A stretch of 64,000 nucleotides of DNA, taken from positions 1 to 64,000 of the IMG/VR virus record IMGVR_UViG_3300045988_164636. One strand, 5' to 3'. The translations under genes were made by a program, and so were the position numbers. The notes under the pieces were generated by a model. The model saw only the letters and a list, made by a program, of their open reading frames with translations, ran no database searches and had not been told where the DNA came from. This DNA comes from a virus. Below, piece after piece: positions 39,981 to 50,036 of the stretch (positions are counted from its first letter, which is position 1; each line of letters starts with the position of its first letter).

Positions 39981-40009
39981 TTGCAATTCCATAAAATTTT
40001 TGATATAAT
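39981..40009 (+). promoter_or_regulatory. promoter TTGCAA-17-TGaTATAAT with no downstream ORF
   Basis: -35 at 39981-39986, -10 at 40004-40009. Confidence 0.5.
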
Positions 40010-40015
40010 ATAAAT

Positions 40016-40100
40016 AGAAGATGAATTTAATATTCATTTTCTATCCCCTTTCTATTTACTCAGCAGTTAGATATGGAAATTATCTAGCTGCTGTTTTTTT
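40016..40100 (+). ncRNA. candidate 85-nt sRNA
   Basis: Lies between promoter 39981-40009 and the terminator; 13-bp stem 40061-40073/40081-40093 followed by a T7 run; extra hairpin ATGAAT/ATTCAT. Confidence 0.4.
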
Positions 40101-40102
40101 AT

Positions 40103-40137
40103 GCAAAAAAATAAAAGGGTACGATTGCTCGTACCCT
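40103..40137 (-). terminator. terminator of the minus-strand lysis operon
   Basis: AGGGTACG/CGTACCCT stem with a T run on the minus strand. Confidence 0.75.
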
Positions 40138-40180
40138 ACACAATAGTAAATCCAAAACCAAAAATATGGTTTAAGATTTT

Positions 40181-41425
40181 TTATTTCAAAATTAGGTTTT
40201 TCACATTTACTGCGGCAGTTACTTGATTATTAAGTCCAATTACCGCTCTATCTCCAACTAATTCAAGAACTGTAAATTTGGTACTATATACCCAAGAAGA
40301 TAATGTGCCACCATAATAATCTTTGGCATTTTTCTTTACCATTACAATTGAACCTTTATTTATTTTCGTTGACTTGTTTGTCTTTTTATTTGCTAAGTAC
40401 AGCTTTGAATCTAATAATATTGCAGTAACTTTTCCTTTTAATCCGATAGTAATATTTTTGCCATTTACCGCTAATACATCAAATACAGTATGATAAACCC
40501 AAAAAGCTAATTTAGCTCCATTGATAGCTGTTGCATTTTTTACAACTCTAACTTTATTACCCTTCTTAAATTTAGAAGTAGTAGTGGTGGTAGTAGTAGG
40601 TTTCTTTACTGTGGAAGTTTTTACAACAATCAGATCTTTTGAATTAACTGCGGCCGTTACCGCTCCATCAATCCCGATTACGACTCTATTTCCAGACACT
40701 TCCATTACATCAAAGACTGCATCATAAACCCAAGAGGCAAGATTTCCGCCGTCGTAAATTTTTGCTCCAGATTTAACTCTTACTTTATCGCCTTTTTTAA
40801 TGGTATTAGTTGTTGGTTTATTGTCGTTGGTTGACTTATATTCTTTATAACATAAATTAGAATCAACATCTTTGCCGCCAATTTTTTCAATACCCCATTG
40901 CCACATAACTTGATTATAATTATATTTACTTGGTATTTTTGGATCATATGTCCAGTTAGCTAACCAAATATCATATTTATTTACTAATCTTGCTTTATCA
41001 AAATAATTTTCAAGCCAAGAGGGATTGGCATAGATACCATAAGGAATACCAATCTCTTTCATTGTATTACAGAAAGTTACCGCCATATCTGTTCTTTGTT
41101 TGGTTGTAAGCATTTCAATTTGCTTTTGTTCTTCCATATCAAAGAAACAAGGATAAGTAGGATTTTGACCTTTTACAACAGAAACGCAAGCATTTAATTC
41201 TTTTTCAAAAGTCTTACCATCTGTTGCTTCAAAGTACCAGTAAAATCCATAAGGAATACCATATTTTCTGCAAGCGGCAAGATTTTTATCAAAATAGCTA
41301 TCCTTATCAGTTCTAATTCCAGCTCTAATGATGATGAATTTTACCCCTGCTTTTTTTGCAGCTTCAAAATCAAAGTTTTCTTGCGCCCTGCTTATATCAA
41401 TGCCTTTAATCTGCATTTGAATCAT
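40181..41425 (-). CDS. endolysin: GH25 muramidase + three SH3b-like repeats
   Basis: KGIDISRAQENFDFEAAKKAGVKFIIIRAG GH25 N-terminus; three repeats of about 90 aa, K[KG]x[KI]V[RM]VK...WVY...F.V...G....IG. Confidence 0.9.
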   Translation of the reverse strand: MIQMQIKGIDISRAQENFDFEAAKKAGVKFIIIRAGIRTDKDSYFDKNLAACRKYGIPYGFYWYFEATDGKTFEKELNACVSVVKGQNPTYPCFFDMEEQKQIEMLTTKQRTDMAVTFCNTMKEIGIPYGIYANPSWLENYFDKARLVNKYDIWLANWTYDPKIPSKYNYNQVMWQWGIEKIGGKDVDSNLCYKEYKSTNDNKPTTNTIKKGDKVRVKSGAKIYDGGNLASWVYDAVFDVMEVSGNRVVIGIDGAVTAAVNSKDLIVVKTSTVKKPTTTTTTTSKFKKGNKVRVVKNATAINGAKLAFWVYHTVFDVLAVNGKNITIGLKGKVTAILLDSKLYLANKKTNKSTKINKGSIVMVKKNAKDYYGGTLSSWVYSTKFTVLELVGDRAVIGLNNQVTAAVNVKNLILK

Positions 41426-41699
41426 CCTTTCCTTTTGTGAAAAGTTCTTTTATATTGCCTACTAATTCGTATGAACCAGTTGAAGCAAGTCCGCTTGCAA
41501 GTCCGCCTAAAAGTATTTCAGGTGTAAATCCCCAATTATTTACCCAGCAATTAAGAACTACACCGAGAACACCCATAATAAGAGGAATAAACTTATTTAT
41601 TTTATCAGAAGGAATTACATTTTTAATGATAAATCCTATAATAAGACAAATACCTACTACAACAAGTACAATGTAATCTTTTAAAAAGCTAATATCCAT
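41406..41699 (-). CDS. holin
   Basis: 97 aa, 2-3 TM, charged C-terminus, immediately upstream of and overlapping the endolysin. Confidence 0.75.
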   Translation of the reverse strand: MDISFLKDYIVLVVVGICLIIGFIIKNVIPSDKINKFIPLIMGVLGVVLNCWVNNWGFTPEILLGGLASGLASTGSYELVGNIKELFTKGKDDSNAD

Positions 41700-41715
41700 T
41701 TAAAACACTCCTTTA

Positions 41716-42141
41716 TTAAAAAATTTTATATTTAGGTAAAGGTTCTTTAAAAATTAAATACCTTAAACCATCATCAACAAAAATTGCTACAACAGATAAG
41801 CCTAACCATGCAAAACAAAATGGTAAACATATCTGTCCTAAAATATTAAGCGGAAGTCCGCTATAATCCCAAACATTCCAACCTAAGATAATATTAATTA
41901 CTACTCCAGATATAAATTCAAAAGTAGTAATAATTATCATTCCTAGGACTGCTTGAGTTAATAAATTTGGGCGGAAACGGGGATACTCATTGAGTAAGCC
42001 TATCCCCGTAAAGCAAAGCCCGCCGACAATTAGCATAGTCCAATGAGTATTACCTCTAAAAGCAATTTCTATCATTCCATAGATAATTCCGCCTATAATA
42101 AATAGAAAAAACTGCTTAAGAAATTGTTTCATTTTGCCCAC
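41716..42141 (-). CDS. 4-TM membrane protein (PF06541-like, WDYS motif)
   Basis: IEIAFRGNTHWTM ... GWNVWDYSGLP. Confidence 0.55.
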   Translation of the reverse strand: MGKMKQFLKQFFLFIIGGIIYGMIEIAFRGNTHWTMLIVGGLCFTGIGLLNEYPRFRPNLLTQAVLGMIIITTFEFISGVVINIILGWNVWDYSGLPLNILGQICLPFCFAWLGLSVVAIFVDDGLRYLIFKEPLPKYKIF

Positions 42142-42715
42142 CTAAAATAGTATTCATTATTTCTTGATATTTTTCATTTAATTTTGTAACTCCATAAACT
42201 ACAACTTTAACTTCTTCTGAATTGGTCATTTCATCTACTTGTTGTTTTAGTAAATTACAATAAGTAAGATTATAAGTCTTAAAAGAAGTAATTGCCGCAA
42301 CTAAACTTAGGAACTCTTCAGAAGTATATGTTCTACAAGGGTTACCAGAAGAATGATAAGGAACTGAATTTCCTTGTTGAGCTACTGAAGACCAAGCTAA
42401 CATATTAATTTGATCTTCATCAGATAAATCATAATGTTCTCCATTATAATCATATCCGGAATAAATTAATGACGAACAAGCTTGATTTATCTCTTGCTTT
42501 TTATTTTCTTTTAATTCTTCTATTGGATAGTATTCTTCTATAGAAAGAATTTTTCCAGTTTCATCTGTTTTTGTGATTTTAAAATGTCCATTTGAATTTA
42601 TTATAAAATTTGCAATTTTAGAATTATCTTCAACCCAGTATGGTGCATTGTCATCATATTTAGAACAAGGAAAATCAGGAACCATTGTCCACGATTTATT
42701 TTTAAAAACAACCAT
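42116..42715 (-). CDS. hypothetical structural-module protein
   Basis: Start moved to MVVFKNK after AAAGGAGGAAG. Confidence 0.55.
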   Translation of the reverse strand: MVVFKNKSWTMVPDFPCSKYDDNAPYWVEDNSKIANFIINSNGHFKITKTDETGKILSIEEYYPIEELKENKKQEINQACSSLIYSGYDYNGEHYDLSDEDQINMLAWSSVAQQGNSVPYHSSGNPCRTYTSEEFLSLVAAITSFKTYNLTYCNLLKQQVDEMTNSEEVKVVVYGVTKLNEKYQEIMNTILGGQNETIS

Positions 42716-42728
42716 CTTTCTTCCTCCT

Positions 42729-43379
42729 TTAAATATTGTACCAAAGTAAAGATACTCGGCCTGGAATTGTTTCGCATCCAATTCTTATTTTTTGATTTTC
42801 ATCAAAAGAATAAGTTACTACATTATTATTAAAAGACATAATATTTCCAGATGTATTTATTTGAGGAACGTCTAAGCTTATATACCCCATATAACTATTT
42901 CCTTCAATTGTAATCATTGTTAATATAATTACTCTATTTTTATTTCCATCTGCTGGATAAGGAAATTCTACATATTTTGGGTCTTCAGTTGTTGTCCATA
43001 TTCCATTATAATTTAGAGTATTTAATCCTAATGTTCCATTTATTTTTGGTAGAGTTAAAGTAACTGGTTGAGTTAAATCATTTGGACTACCAAACTGAAC
43101 ATAATTTGTATTATTTCCATATATACGGAAAATACCTTTTCTATGTTCATTTCCAGATAAGCTATTTCCTATTGCTAAATAATTTATTGAAGGGCTAGAA
43201 ATATTATAAGCTAAACCTTTGTGTATATAACGGTTATCTTTTTCTTTATCACTTATTATTGGATACACCCATCCACCATTATCACTAAATTGATCAATTG
43301 ATAAAATTTTTGTTTTATCATCAACATATTTTTTATTAACAATATCTTCATCTTTTTCAATAGGAGCAATTAATTTCAT
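42729..43379 (-). CDS. tail-fibre-like protein
   Basis: N-terminal ...DIVNKKYVDDK motif common in fibre proteins; RBS AAGGAGGAA. Confidence 0.5.
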   Translation of the reverse strand: MKLIAPIEKDEDIVNKKYVDDKTKILSIDQFSDNGGWVYPIISDKEKDNRYIHKGLAYNISSPSINYLAIGNSLSGNEHRKGIFRIYGNNTNYVQFGSPNDLTQPVTLTLPKINGTLGLNTLNYNGIWTTTEDPKYVEFPYPADGNKNRVIILTMITIEGNSYMGYISLDVPQINTSGNIMSFNNNVVTYSFDENQKIRIGCETIPGRVSLLWYNI

Positions 43380-43394
43380 TAGAATTCCTCCTTA

Positions 43395-44237
43395 TTAAGC
43401 TATATATCTTACTTCATACGTATTTTCCGCAAGAGTTCCTGTACCTACAATAGTAATAGTAATCACATTACCTGAAATTGATATATTAGGATAAACTTGT
43501 TCTCCAGTATCCACCTCAAAAACAGCGACTCCATTAATTGTCGCGGCAGCCGGACCTTCTGAAGTAACAGTCCATTTATAAGAGCCTCCTGAAGCTATAA
43601 TTGCACTATTTTTCTTTGTGTAGATCAATGTTTCTTTTTCATCACCTGAAGGAATATAGTCCCATGTAGGTGTTACTGCACTAGCAATAAACACATCTCC
43701 TACTTTTGCAGCTTGACCTGCATATGTACCAGCCTCTGCAACTTTATATGTATCTCCTACCTTAACATCCGTACTAGGTAATCCCGCAGTACTGGTAACT
43801 GTTCCCTTATAAGTCATTCCTTGAACTGTACTTATTTTAGTGTCTACATAATCATAAACTTCTTGTAAATCTGTAGTTAAAATATCTTTATCAAAAACGA
43901 CTGTGTTAACTGTTTCGCCAGTTTTTTCACCTAAATTATAAATATCTTTATGTTGTGTAATTTTTAAATGGAAGCCTCTTTTAGTTGTTGATTTGACTAA
44001 ATCAGTTTTTTCAAAAGTGTAAGTAAATTGTGTATCAGTATCTGTATCTGTGGATTCTCCGCCAAAAGCAATCCAATCCGTTCCATTATACACTTTTGGT
44101 TTATTATCTACAGTATCATAATACATCTGTCCTGCTTTTCCATTGTCTGGATGCGCCGCAAGATTTTGTAATATAACATTTCTTAATTCATTTCCATTTA
44201 AATTTAAATGTACTAAAATTTTATTTTCTGCTGACAT
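43395..44237 (-). CDS. tail-fibre-like protein
   Basis: N-terminal LNLNGNELRNVILQNLAAHPDNGKAGQMYYDT...YNGTDW fibre motif. Confidence 0.55.
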   Translation of the reverse strand: MSAENKILVHLNLNGNELRNVILQNLAAHPDNGKAGQMYYDTVDNKPKVYNGTDWIAFGGESTDTDTDTQFTYTFEKTDLVKSTTKRGFHLKITQHKDIYNLGEKTGETVNTVVFDKDILTTDLQEVYDYVDTKISTVQGMTYKGTVTSTAGLPSTDVKVGDTYKVAEAGTYAGQAAKVGDVFIASAVTPTWDYIPSGDEKETLIYTKKNSAIIASGGSYKWTVTSEGPAAATINGVAVFEVDTGEQVYPNISISGNVITITIVGTGTLAENTYEVRYIA

Positions 44238-44251
44238 TGTTCATTTCCTCC

Positions 44252-44518
44252 TTAATTTAAATAAGCTTTTCCGCCAAAAGCTCCATTGAAAGTTATTCTT
44301 AAATTATTATTATCTATATATTCAACTGCGCCCATTACTTCATTATTAGCACTATCTATAATGGTAACAGATGGATATTTTTTCATATTATGCTGAATCT
44401 CCCAAACACTTGCGGCAATTGCTTGCTCATATATAAAAGTATCTGTTAGTATTTTTATCTTTTGAAAGACGTGTTTTACGCCTTCTTCATCTAAATAATT
44501 TTTTGTACTATCTGCCAA
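44252..44518 (-). CDS. hypothetical structural-module protein
   Basis: 88-aa ORF, RBS AAGGGGGAA. Confidence 0.5.
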   Translation of the reverse strand: MADSTKNYLDEEGVKHVFQKIKILTDTFIYEQAIAASVWEIQHNMKKYPSVTIIDSANNEVMGAVEYIDNNNLRITFNGAFGGKAYLN

Positions 44519-44530
44519 GTTAATTCCCCC

Positions 44531-47272
44531 TTAAACAAAAACTTCATTCCAAATATTATCTAAAGCCTCATTTGATATTGATGAACCTAATAACACTCCA
44601 TCGCCATTGATGATGTTACCGGCTATAGTTAAATTACCTTGATAATCTAATTCAAGAGCATTAGATCTTTTTTCATCAGATATACCATTTCCCGCAATAA
44701 ACAAATGATATGACTCTTCATATAAGGTTTCATCAATAGTATCTCCTGTAAAAATTATTCTATCACCATCTTGATTATAATATTTTTTACCTTTAACCCA
44801 TTCTGTATCAGATGTTTTAACATATTCTCCAGATGAATTTAATTCATAATAATCTTTTGGAGAGCTTGGTTTATAAAACTCTATAATAATTTTATTCTTA
44901 CCTTTGGAATCAAAATAATATATTTTATCACTTTGAATAGTATTATCTGATGTTAAGAAAAAAGTTTTTGTATCTTGATTAAATTCACCTATGATAGTTG
45001 CAGATTTTTTAGATTGATTATGAATAAGATAATTACCTAAAAGATTTTGTAGACTACCTTTTATATTATTACCATTGCCTATTACAAAATTATTCGCTCC
45101 TTCAATACTGTTTAAACTATTAAAAGCAGTATTACAAGAGCCAGTTATCTTTTGCCCCGTGCCCGCAACAATATTATAATTTCCACTAATATTTGAATTT
45201 CCACCGCCAATTAAATTGTAGCTTCCAGAGCAATCTTGATCTCCACCCATTAATAAATTATAATCGCCAGAAAAAGAAGAAGTGCTGATAGTACTGGCTA
45301 TATTACCTATCCCAGAAGACATTTGCAATCCATTTGATAAAATTAAATTATAACGTCCAACTATTTCATTATCTTGACCAGATATAATTTGCCCACCACC
45401 ATCAACATCATTTCGTTCTCCACAAATGATATTTTCGTAAGAGCCACTATTAAATCCTACTCTATTTCTCATTCCAGAGATGATAGAACGATTATCATTT
45501 TGAATAGTATTTTCTAATCCAGATATAATACTATGAGAGCTACTACTTATTTCATTCGATTGTCCACTTACAAAAATATTATTAGAATTATTAATTTTAT
45601 TATAATAACCACTGGAATGACAAGCATTTCCACCAATAATTTCATTACCTTGATTTTCCACATGATGATAATGACCGCCTATAATTTTAGTATAAAAACC
45701 TTCTGCATGGCTAGTTTGTGCATTATCAATAGTTGCACCATGTCCTTCTACATGGCTCCCCATTCCTCCATTAAGCAAGGTATTAGAAAAACCTTCTGCG
45801 TGTCCAGAATTTGTATTTTCTAATCTATTTCCATGTCCTTCAACATGAGCCGCAGTATTTTTTAAATTACTATTATTAAAACCTTCCGTATGAGTAAATT
45901 CACCTTTAGCTTGGTTATTATATCCTTCAATATGGTTATATGCGTAACGTTCATTTCCTATTTTTTCATTAGAATTTTTTTTAACCCACTTTTGATTATC
46001 GCCTTGAAAAATATAAGATTCAATTCCTGCAGCATGATTTTTTTTATAGAATTCAGATTGAGTTAATATATTATTATCACTGATATATTCTTTATTTAAA
46101 TATATTGTAAATGAATCCCCATTTTCCGCATTTGCAATAGTAATACCATATTTAGATAAATCTACTTCATTATCATCTAAGTACCATTTTTGAGAAATAA
46201 TTGTACCTGTATTATTAATTTCTTCCACATAAGTAAAAAACATCTCATTTTTTGAATAATCAACAGTAGCATTAATTAATATTAAAGAATTAAATTCTAC
46301 AGTTAAAGATTCTGATTTAATTAATTCTATAGTATAATTATTTAAATATTCCCAATTTAAATTAGATTGATTATTATATTCTGCTATATTAGTAATATCA
46401 GTTCCATAAACTACGTTTTCTTTTGTTGCGGCAGACGGATGTGATAAATAAATTTTATTTATTAATTGGAAAGAACCGTCTTGATTTGTTAAATTTTCAA
46501 TAGTTAAAACATTTGCCGCATCATAGTGTATACAAAATAAATTATTTCCTATTTCTTCATCTTTTGTAAAACTATATCCAAAATTATTTTCATTATTTAA
46601 ATATATTGTAGTAATATAATTATTATCTTGTGCTTCAAGAGTATTGATTGATAATAATAAATTTACACTATCAATAGAAAGAGGAAATGTCTTAGCTAAA
46701 TAATATCCAGTATTATTATATATTGTTAAATTGTCTGGATTTTCTGGAATATTTGCGGAAGTGTATAATTTAATAGAATTGACATCTTCTTGAAAAATAT
46801 TTGTAAGCATTAAATTAATATCTTGATATAATGTTAAATCAATTTCATCTCTTACTATGGTATACCAGTTATTATTCTTTTGAATATAATTATAATTGAA
46901 AATATCTATATTAACTGAATAACTTTCAACTATAAAAGATTGCGGCAGATTAATATCTTGTAAACTAAAAATTAATTCTTCATTATTAATATGATAGTTA
47001 TTACTATTTTCAACTAAATTAATTAATTTAATATTAGAAGAAATATTTAAGATAGGATTACCTGCATAGGCGTAATATTTGTCAGTAGTATCTGCAATTA
47101 TATTCTTTCCGCCTTCAATGTGATTATAAGGTCCAAGAGCAAGATTACTCTCATAGTCATTAAATATCTCACTCGTATAATATCCTTCTTGATATTCACC
47201 AACATCTTTTTGTCTAAGCCAAGATGTAACTTGATATAATCCTTCTCCATCTAAATATCCATTCTCCGCCAT
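44531..47272 (-). CDS. large tail fibre / receptor-binding protein with SHAEG / G-x-x-N solenoid repeats
   Basis: 913 aa; repeats HVEGHGN..NTNSGHAEGFSN..., ISGQSNEISSSSHSIISGLEN..., YadA-head-like periodicity. Confidence 0.7.
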   Translation of the reverse strand: MAENGYLDGEGLYQVTSWLRQKDVGEYQEGYYTSEIFNDYESNLALGPYNHIEGGKNIIADTTDKYYAYAGNPILNISSNIKLINLVENSNNYHINNEELIFSLQDINLPQSFIVESYSVNIDIFNYNYIQKNNNWYTIVRDEIDLTLYQDINLMLTNIFQEDVNSIKLYTSANIPENPDNLTIYNNTGYYLAKTFPLSIDSVNLLLSINTLEAQDNNYITTIYLNNENNFGYSFTKDEEIGNNLFCIHYDAANVLTIENLTNQDGSFQLINKIYLSHPSAATKENVVYGTDITNIAEYNNQSNLNWEYLNNYTIELIKSESLTVEFNSLILINATVDYSKNEMFFTYVEEINNTGTIISQKWYLDDNEVDLSKYGITIANAENGDSFTIYLNKEYISDNNILTQSEFYKKNHAAGIESYIFQGDNQKWVKKNSNEKIGNERYAYNHIEGYNNQAKGEFTHTEGFNNSNLKNTAAHVEGHGNRLENTNSGHAEGFSNTLLNGGMGSHVEGHGATIDNAQTSHAEGFYTKIIGGHYHHVENQGNEIIGGNACHSSGYYNKINNSNNIFVSGQSNEISSSSHSIISGLENTIQNDNRSIISGMRNRVGFNSGSYENIICGERNDVDGGGQIISGQDNEIVGRYNLILSNGLQMSSGIGNIASTISTSSFSGDYNLLMGGDQDCSGSYNLIGGGNSNISGNYNIVAGTGQKITGSCNTAFNSLNSIEGANNFVIGNGNNIKGSLQNLLGNYLIHNQSKKSATIIGEFNQDTKTFFLTSDNTIQSDKIYYFDSKGKNKIIIEFYKPSSPKDYYELNSSGEYVKTSDTEWVKGKKYYNQDGDRIIFTGDTIDETLYEESYHLFIAGNGISDEKRSNALELDYQGNLTIAGNIINGDGVLLGSSISNEALDNIWNEVFV

Positions 47273-47300
47273 ATTTTTCCTCCTTTCTATCTTATTTTAT

Positions 47301-48056
47301 TTAATCATCAGCAACTTCCATTGCTAAAAAAACTACCGTACTATTTCCACGATCTGTAGTAAGACCTGTAAATTTAACTACATAAGAATATAATAATCTA
47401 TAATATTTTCCTTTTGAATTAATAACTTCATTTTTATTAAAAATTCTATTAGTAGCACAACTAGAAACTTCATATAAACTATTAAAATTTCCTTGTATTA
47501 CAAATAACGGTAATTGATTTAAAGTTATCGAAGGAAGTTCTGTTGATAACCATCTTGATGAAAAATTATAATTATATATTTGTTCTTTATAAATATTATT
47601 GTTTTGTATAAAAAGATGAGCCTTCGGATCTATATTGGATTGATAATGTAAATTGCCTAACCAAAATTCAAAATAGCCAATTTCTTTTTGATAACCTATC
47701 CCAAAGTCTAGAATTCCTTCAGTAAAACTGAAACTTATTATATCTTTATTTGCACTTATATTATAATATATTTTCTTACAATCATTTATCAAGTCATTAG
47801 TCCTGCTGCTGGTTAAATAATTGTAAATATATTGGTTATTATTTATTAGATATTTGATAGATAATAGAACTGAATTTACCTGAAATCCTATTCCATTCTT
47901 TTTTTCTAAATCGAAATATATCATTGAATTATCATTGTCAATAGAACTATTTAAAAATATTGATGTTATAATAGGATATATAGCTTCTATGATACAAGCA
48001 GATAAAACACTTGCAGATGAAGCATTTATGTTGATTGATTTATCTATTAAACTCAT
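47301..48056 (-). CDS. hypothetical structural-module protein
   Basis: 251-aa ORF in the fibre/baseplate operon. Confidence 0.5.
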   Translation of the reverse strand: MSLIDKSININASSASVLSACIIEAIYPIITSIFLNSSIDNDNSMIYFDLEKKNGIGFQVNSVLLSIKYLINNNQYIYNYLTSSRTNDLINDCKKIYYNISANKDIISFSFTEGILDFGIGYQKEIGYFEFWLGNLHYQSNIDPKAHLFIQNNNIYKEQIYNYNFSSRWLSTELPSITLNQLPLFVIQGNFNSLYEVSSCATNRIFNKNEVINSKGKYYRLLYSYVVKFTGLTTDRGNSTVVFLAMEVADD

Positions 48057-48058
48057 TG

Positions 48059-48256
48059 TTATTCCTCCTCAATATAAATACTTAAAGGAGTATTAACTAT
48101 ACCCAGAATACCTTGTTCAAAAGGATAACTGATAACTCTATCTTCATAGATTATCTTTTCAGTTTCTTTTTCTATAATTTGCATTCCGCTAATAGAAAGT
48201 CCTTTCATGGCTAAACCTAAAGCTAAACCTTTTTCAAATCCACTTTTTTCTGCCAT
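48059..48256 (-). CDS. hypothetical small structural-module protein
   Basis: Start moved to MAEKSG after GGGGTGA. Confidence 0.45.
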   Translation of the reverse strand: MAEKSGFEKGLALGLAMKGLSISGMQIIEKETEKIIYEDRVISYPFEQGILGIVNTPLSIYIEEE

Positions 48257-48260
48257 ATTA

Positions 48261-48680
48261 TCACCCCACTGAATTAAGTATATCATAAATTTCTTCTGAA
48301 GTCAAAGGGCGGCAACTATCATCGCTTATATCTAAGCCGCTTATATCTATATTTTCCCTAGTAGATTGATTAAATATACCAGTAATATATCCTTCTTCAT
48401 TTTTATTTATAATAAAATTATTTAGGATCGATTTATTATTTAACAAATAAGTTAAATCAAATCCTTCTTCATTAAAGTCAATAGCAGTAGTTTTGGGAAA
48501 AATATTTTCATCTTCCATATTAGTAACAAATAATATTCTTTTTAGTTCATTATCAATAGTACAATCTAAATAAATTTCTTGCGTATCTAAAACAAAAAAT
48601 AATTGTCCAGATATTAAAGGATAATTATCTAATTTATTAGATTTTAGTCTAATTGGTATAAATAAAGAATTTTTCTTCAT
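48261..48680 (-). CDS. hypothetical structural-module protein (first gene of the minus-strand operon in this window)
   Basis: 139-aa ORF, RBS AAAGGAG; divergent promoter region 48681-48831. Confidence 0.5.
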   Translation of the reverse strand: MKKNSLFIPIRLKSNKLDNYPLISGQLFFVLDTQEIYLDCTIDNELKRILFVTNMEDENIFPKTTAIDFNEEGFDLTYLLNNKSILNNFIINKNEEGYITGIFNQSTRENIDISGLDISDDSCRPLTSEEIYDILNSVG

Positions 48681-48769
48681 TTTATATCATACTCCTTTTA
48701 TCTCAATTCTATATTATAATAAAAAAATTTTTAATATAATCAATTTAAACTGCCCATTTGCTGCATTAG

Positions 48770-48798
48770 TTGACTTTTTTAAAAATTTTTGTTATAAT
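48770..48798 (+). promoter_or_regulatory. promoter TTGACT-17-TGtTATAAT
   Basis: -35 at 48770-48775, -10 at 48793-48798; a class II-type promoter on the opposite strand lies at about 48700-48735. Confidence 0.65.
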
Positions 48799-48831
48799 TA
48801 TTACAGTAAAAAGAAAGGAAATGATAAAAAG

Positions 48832-50022
48832 ATGTTAAACCCCAAAACTCAAGAAAGAGAACTTTGTTATGTAGTTGAAATTAATGATATTCAGCCTATT
48901 CCTAATTATGATAGAGTTGAATTAGCAACGGTAAATGGTTGGCATATCATCGTTCAGAAGAATCAGTTTAAGGTCGGAGATAAGGCTGTTTATTTTGAAG
49001 TAGATTCAAGAGCACCTGAAAGTGCGGAATTTGATTTTCTTGCCAAGAGAAAGTATAAAATTAAGACTTTAAAAATGTGCGGCTGCATTTCTCAAGGATT
49101 ACTTATGTCTTTTGCAGATTTTGGTTTTGCAGAAGATGAATATAATATAGGAGATTTTTTAACTAAGAAATTAAATGTTACTTATGCTGATGATGAAGAT
49201 AATGCAAGAAAGGCACCTTCCGCAGATAAGTATAAAAAGATGGAAATGCGTCATAAAAAACTTTTTAAAAATTCTTTTGTAAAGAAAGTTATGCAGTATG
49301 AAGTTGGACGTAAGATAATGTTTGTTTTCTTTGGTAAGAAGAAAGATAAGAAGTCAAGTTTCCCTAACTGGGTTGTGAAAACTGATGAAGAAAGAGCCGA
49401 AAACCTACCCTATCTATTTAATAGCAAGAATAGAGAATCTATGCATTGGATGGTTACAGAAAAGATTGATGGAACTTCTGCAACATTCACTTTGAAGAAG
49501 ATAGGTAAGCATAAGTACGATTATCGAGTATGTTCAAGAAATGTATGTTTTGATAAGCCTGATAAGAAATGCTTCTATGAAACAAATGTGTATACTGAAA
49601 TTGCAGAAAGATATAATATGGAGCAGAAACTTAAGCAGCTATTTGAAATAAGTGAAGATATAGTTTTTGTTACAATTCAAGGCGAAATATACGGGAAAAA
49701 AATCCAAAAGAGAGATTATAATATGGAAGGAACAGATCTTGCTATTTTTAATGTTATTTTTGGTTATAAAGATGGTTCAACAGAAAGGTTAAATCCTCGT
49801 GAAATGGAAGTCATTATGAAGATATATAATCTTCCTACTGTTCCAGTCCTTGATTATAACTTTACTTTACCTGTAACTTGTGATGAAATGTTAGAATATG
49901 CGGCAAGTGAAAAATCAAAAATAGACGGCGGTATGCGTGAAGGTGTTGTATTAAGAAGTTTTGATGGTAAGCAATCTTTTAAGGCTGTATCAAGAGATTT
50001 CTTACTCAAATATCATAGTTAA
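48832..50022 (+). CDS. ATP-dependent RNA ligase, Rnl5 (DraRnl/NgrRnl)-type
   Basis: N-terminal OB-like ...VVEINDIQPIPNYDRVELATVNGWHIIVQK; motif I KIDGTS; IQGEIYG; EGVVLR...FKAVS. Confidence 0.8.
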   Translation: MLNPKTQERELCYVVEINDIQPIPNYDRVELATVNGWHIIVQKNQFKVGDKAVYFEVDSRAPESAEFDFLAKRKYKIKTLKMCGCISQGLLMSFADFGFAEDEYNIGDFLTKKLNVTYADDEDNARKAPSADKYKKMEMRHKKLFKNSFVKKVMQYEVGRKIMFVFFGKKKDKKSSFPNWVVKTDEERAENLPYLFNSKNRESMHWMVTEKIDGTSATFTLKKIGKHKYDYRVCSRNVCFDKPDKKCFYETNVYTEIAERYNMEQKLKQLFEISEDIVFVTIQGEIYGKKIQKRDYNMEGTDLAIFNVIFGYKDGSTERLNPREMEVIMKIYNLPTVPVLDYNFTLPVTCDEMLEYAASEKSKIDGGMREGVVLRSFDGKQSFKAVSRDFLLKYHS

Positions 50023-50036
50023 TAGGAGTAACAATA

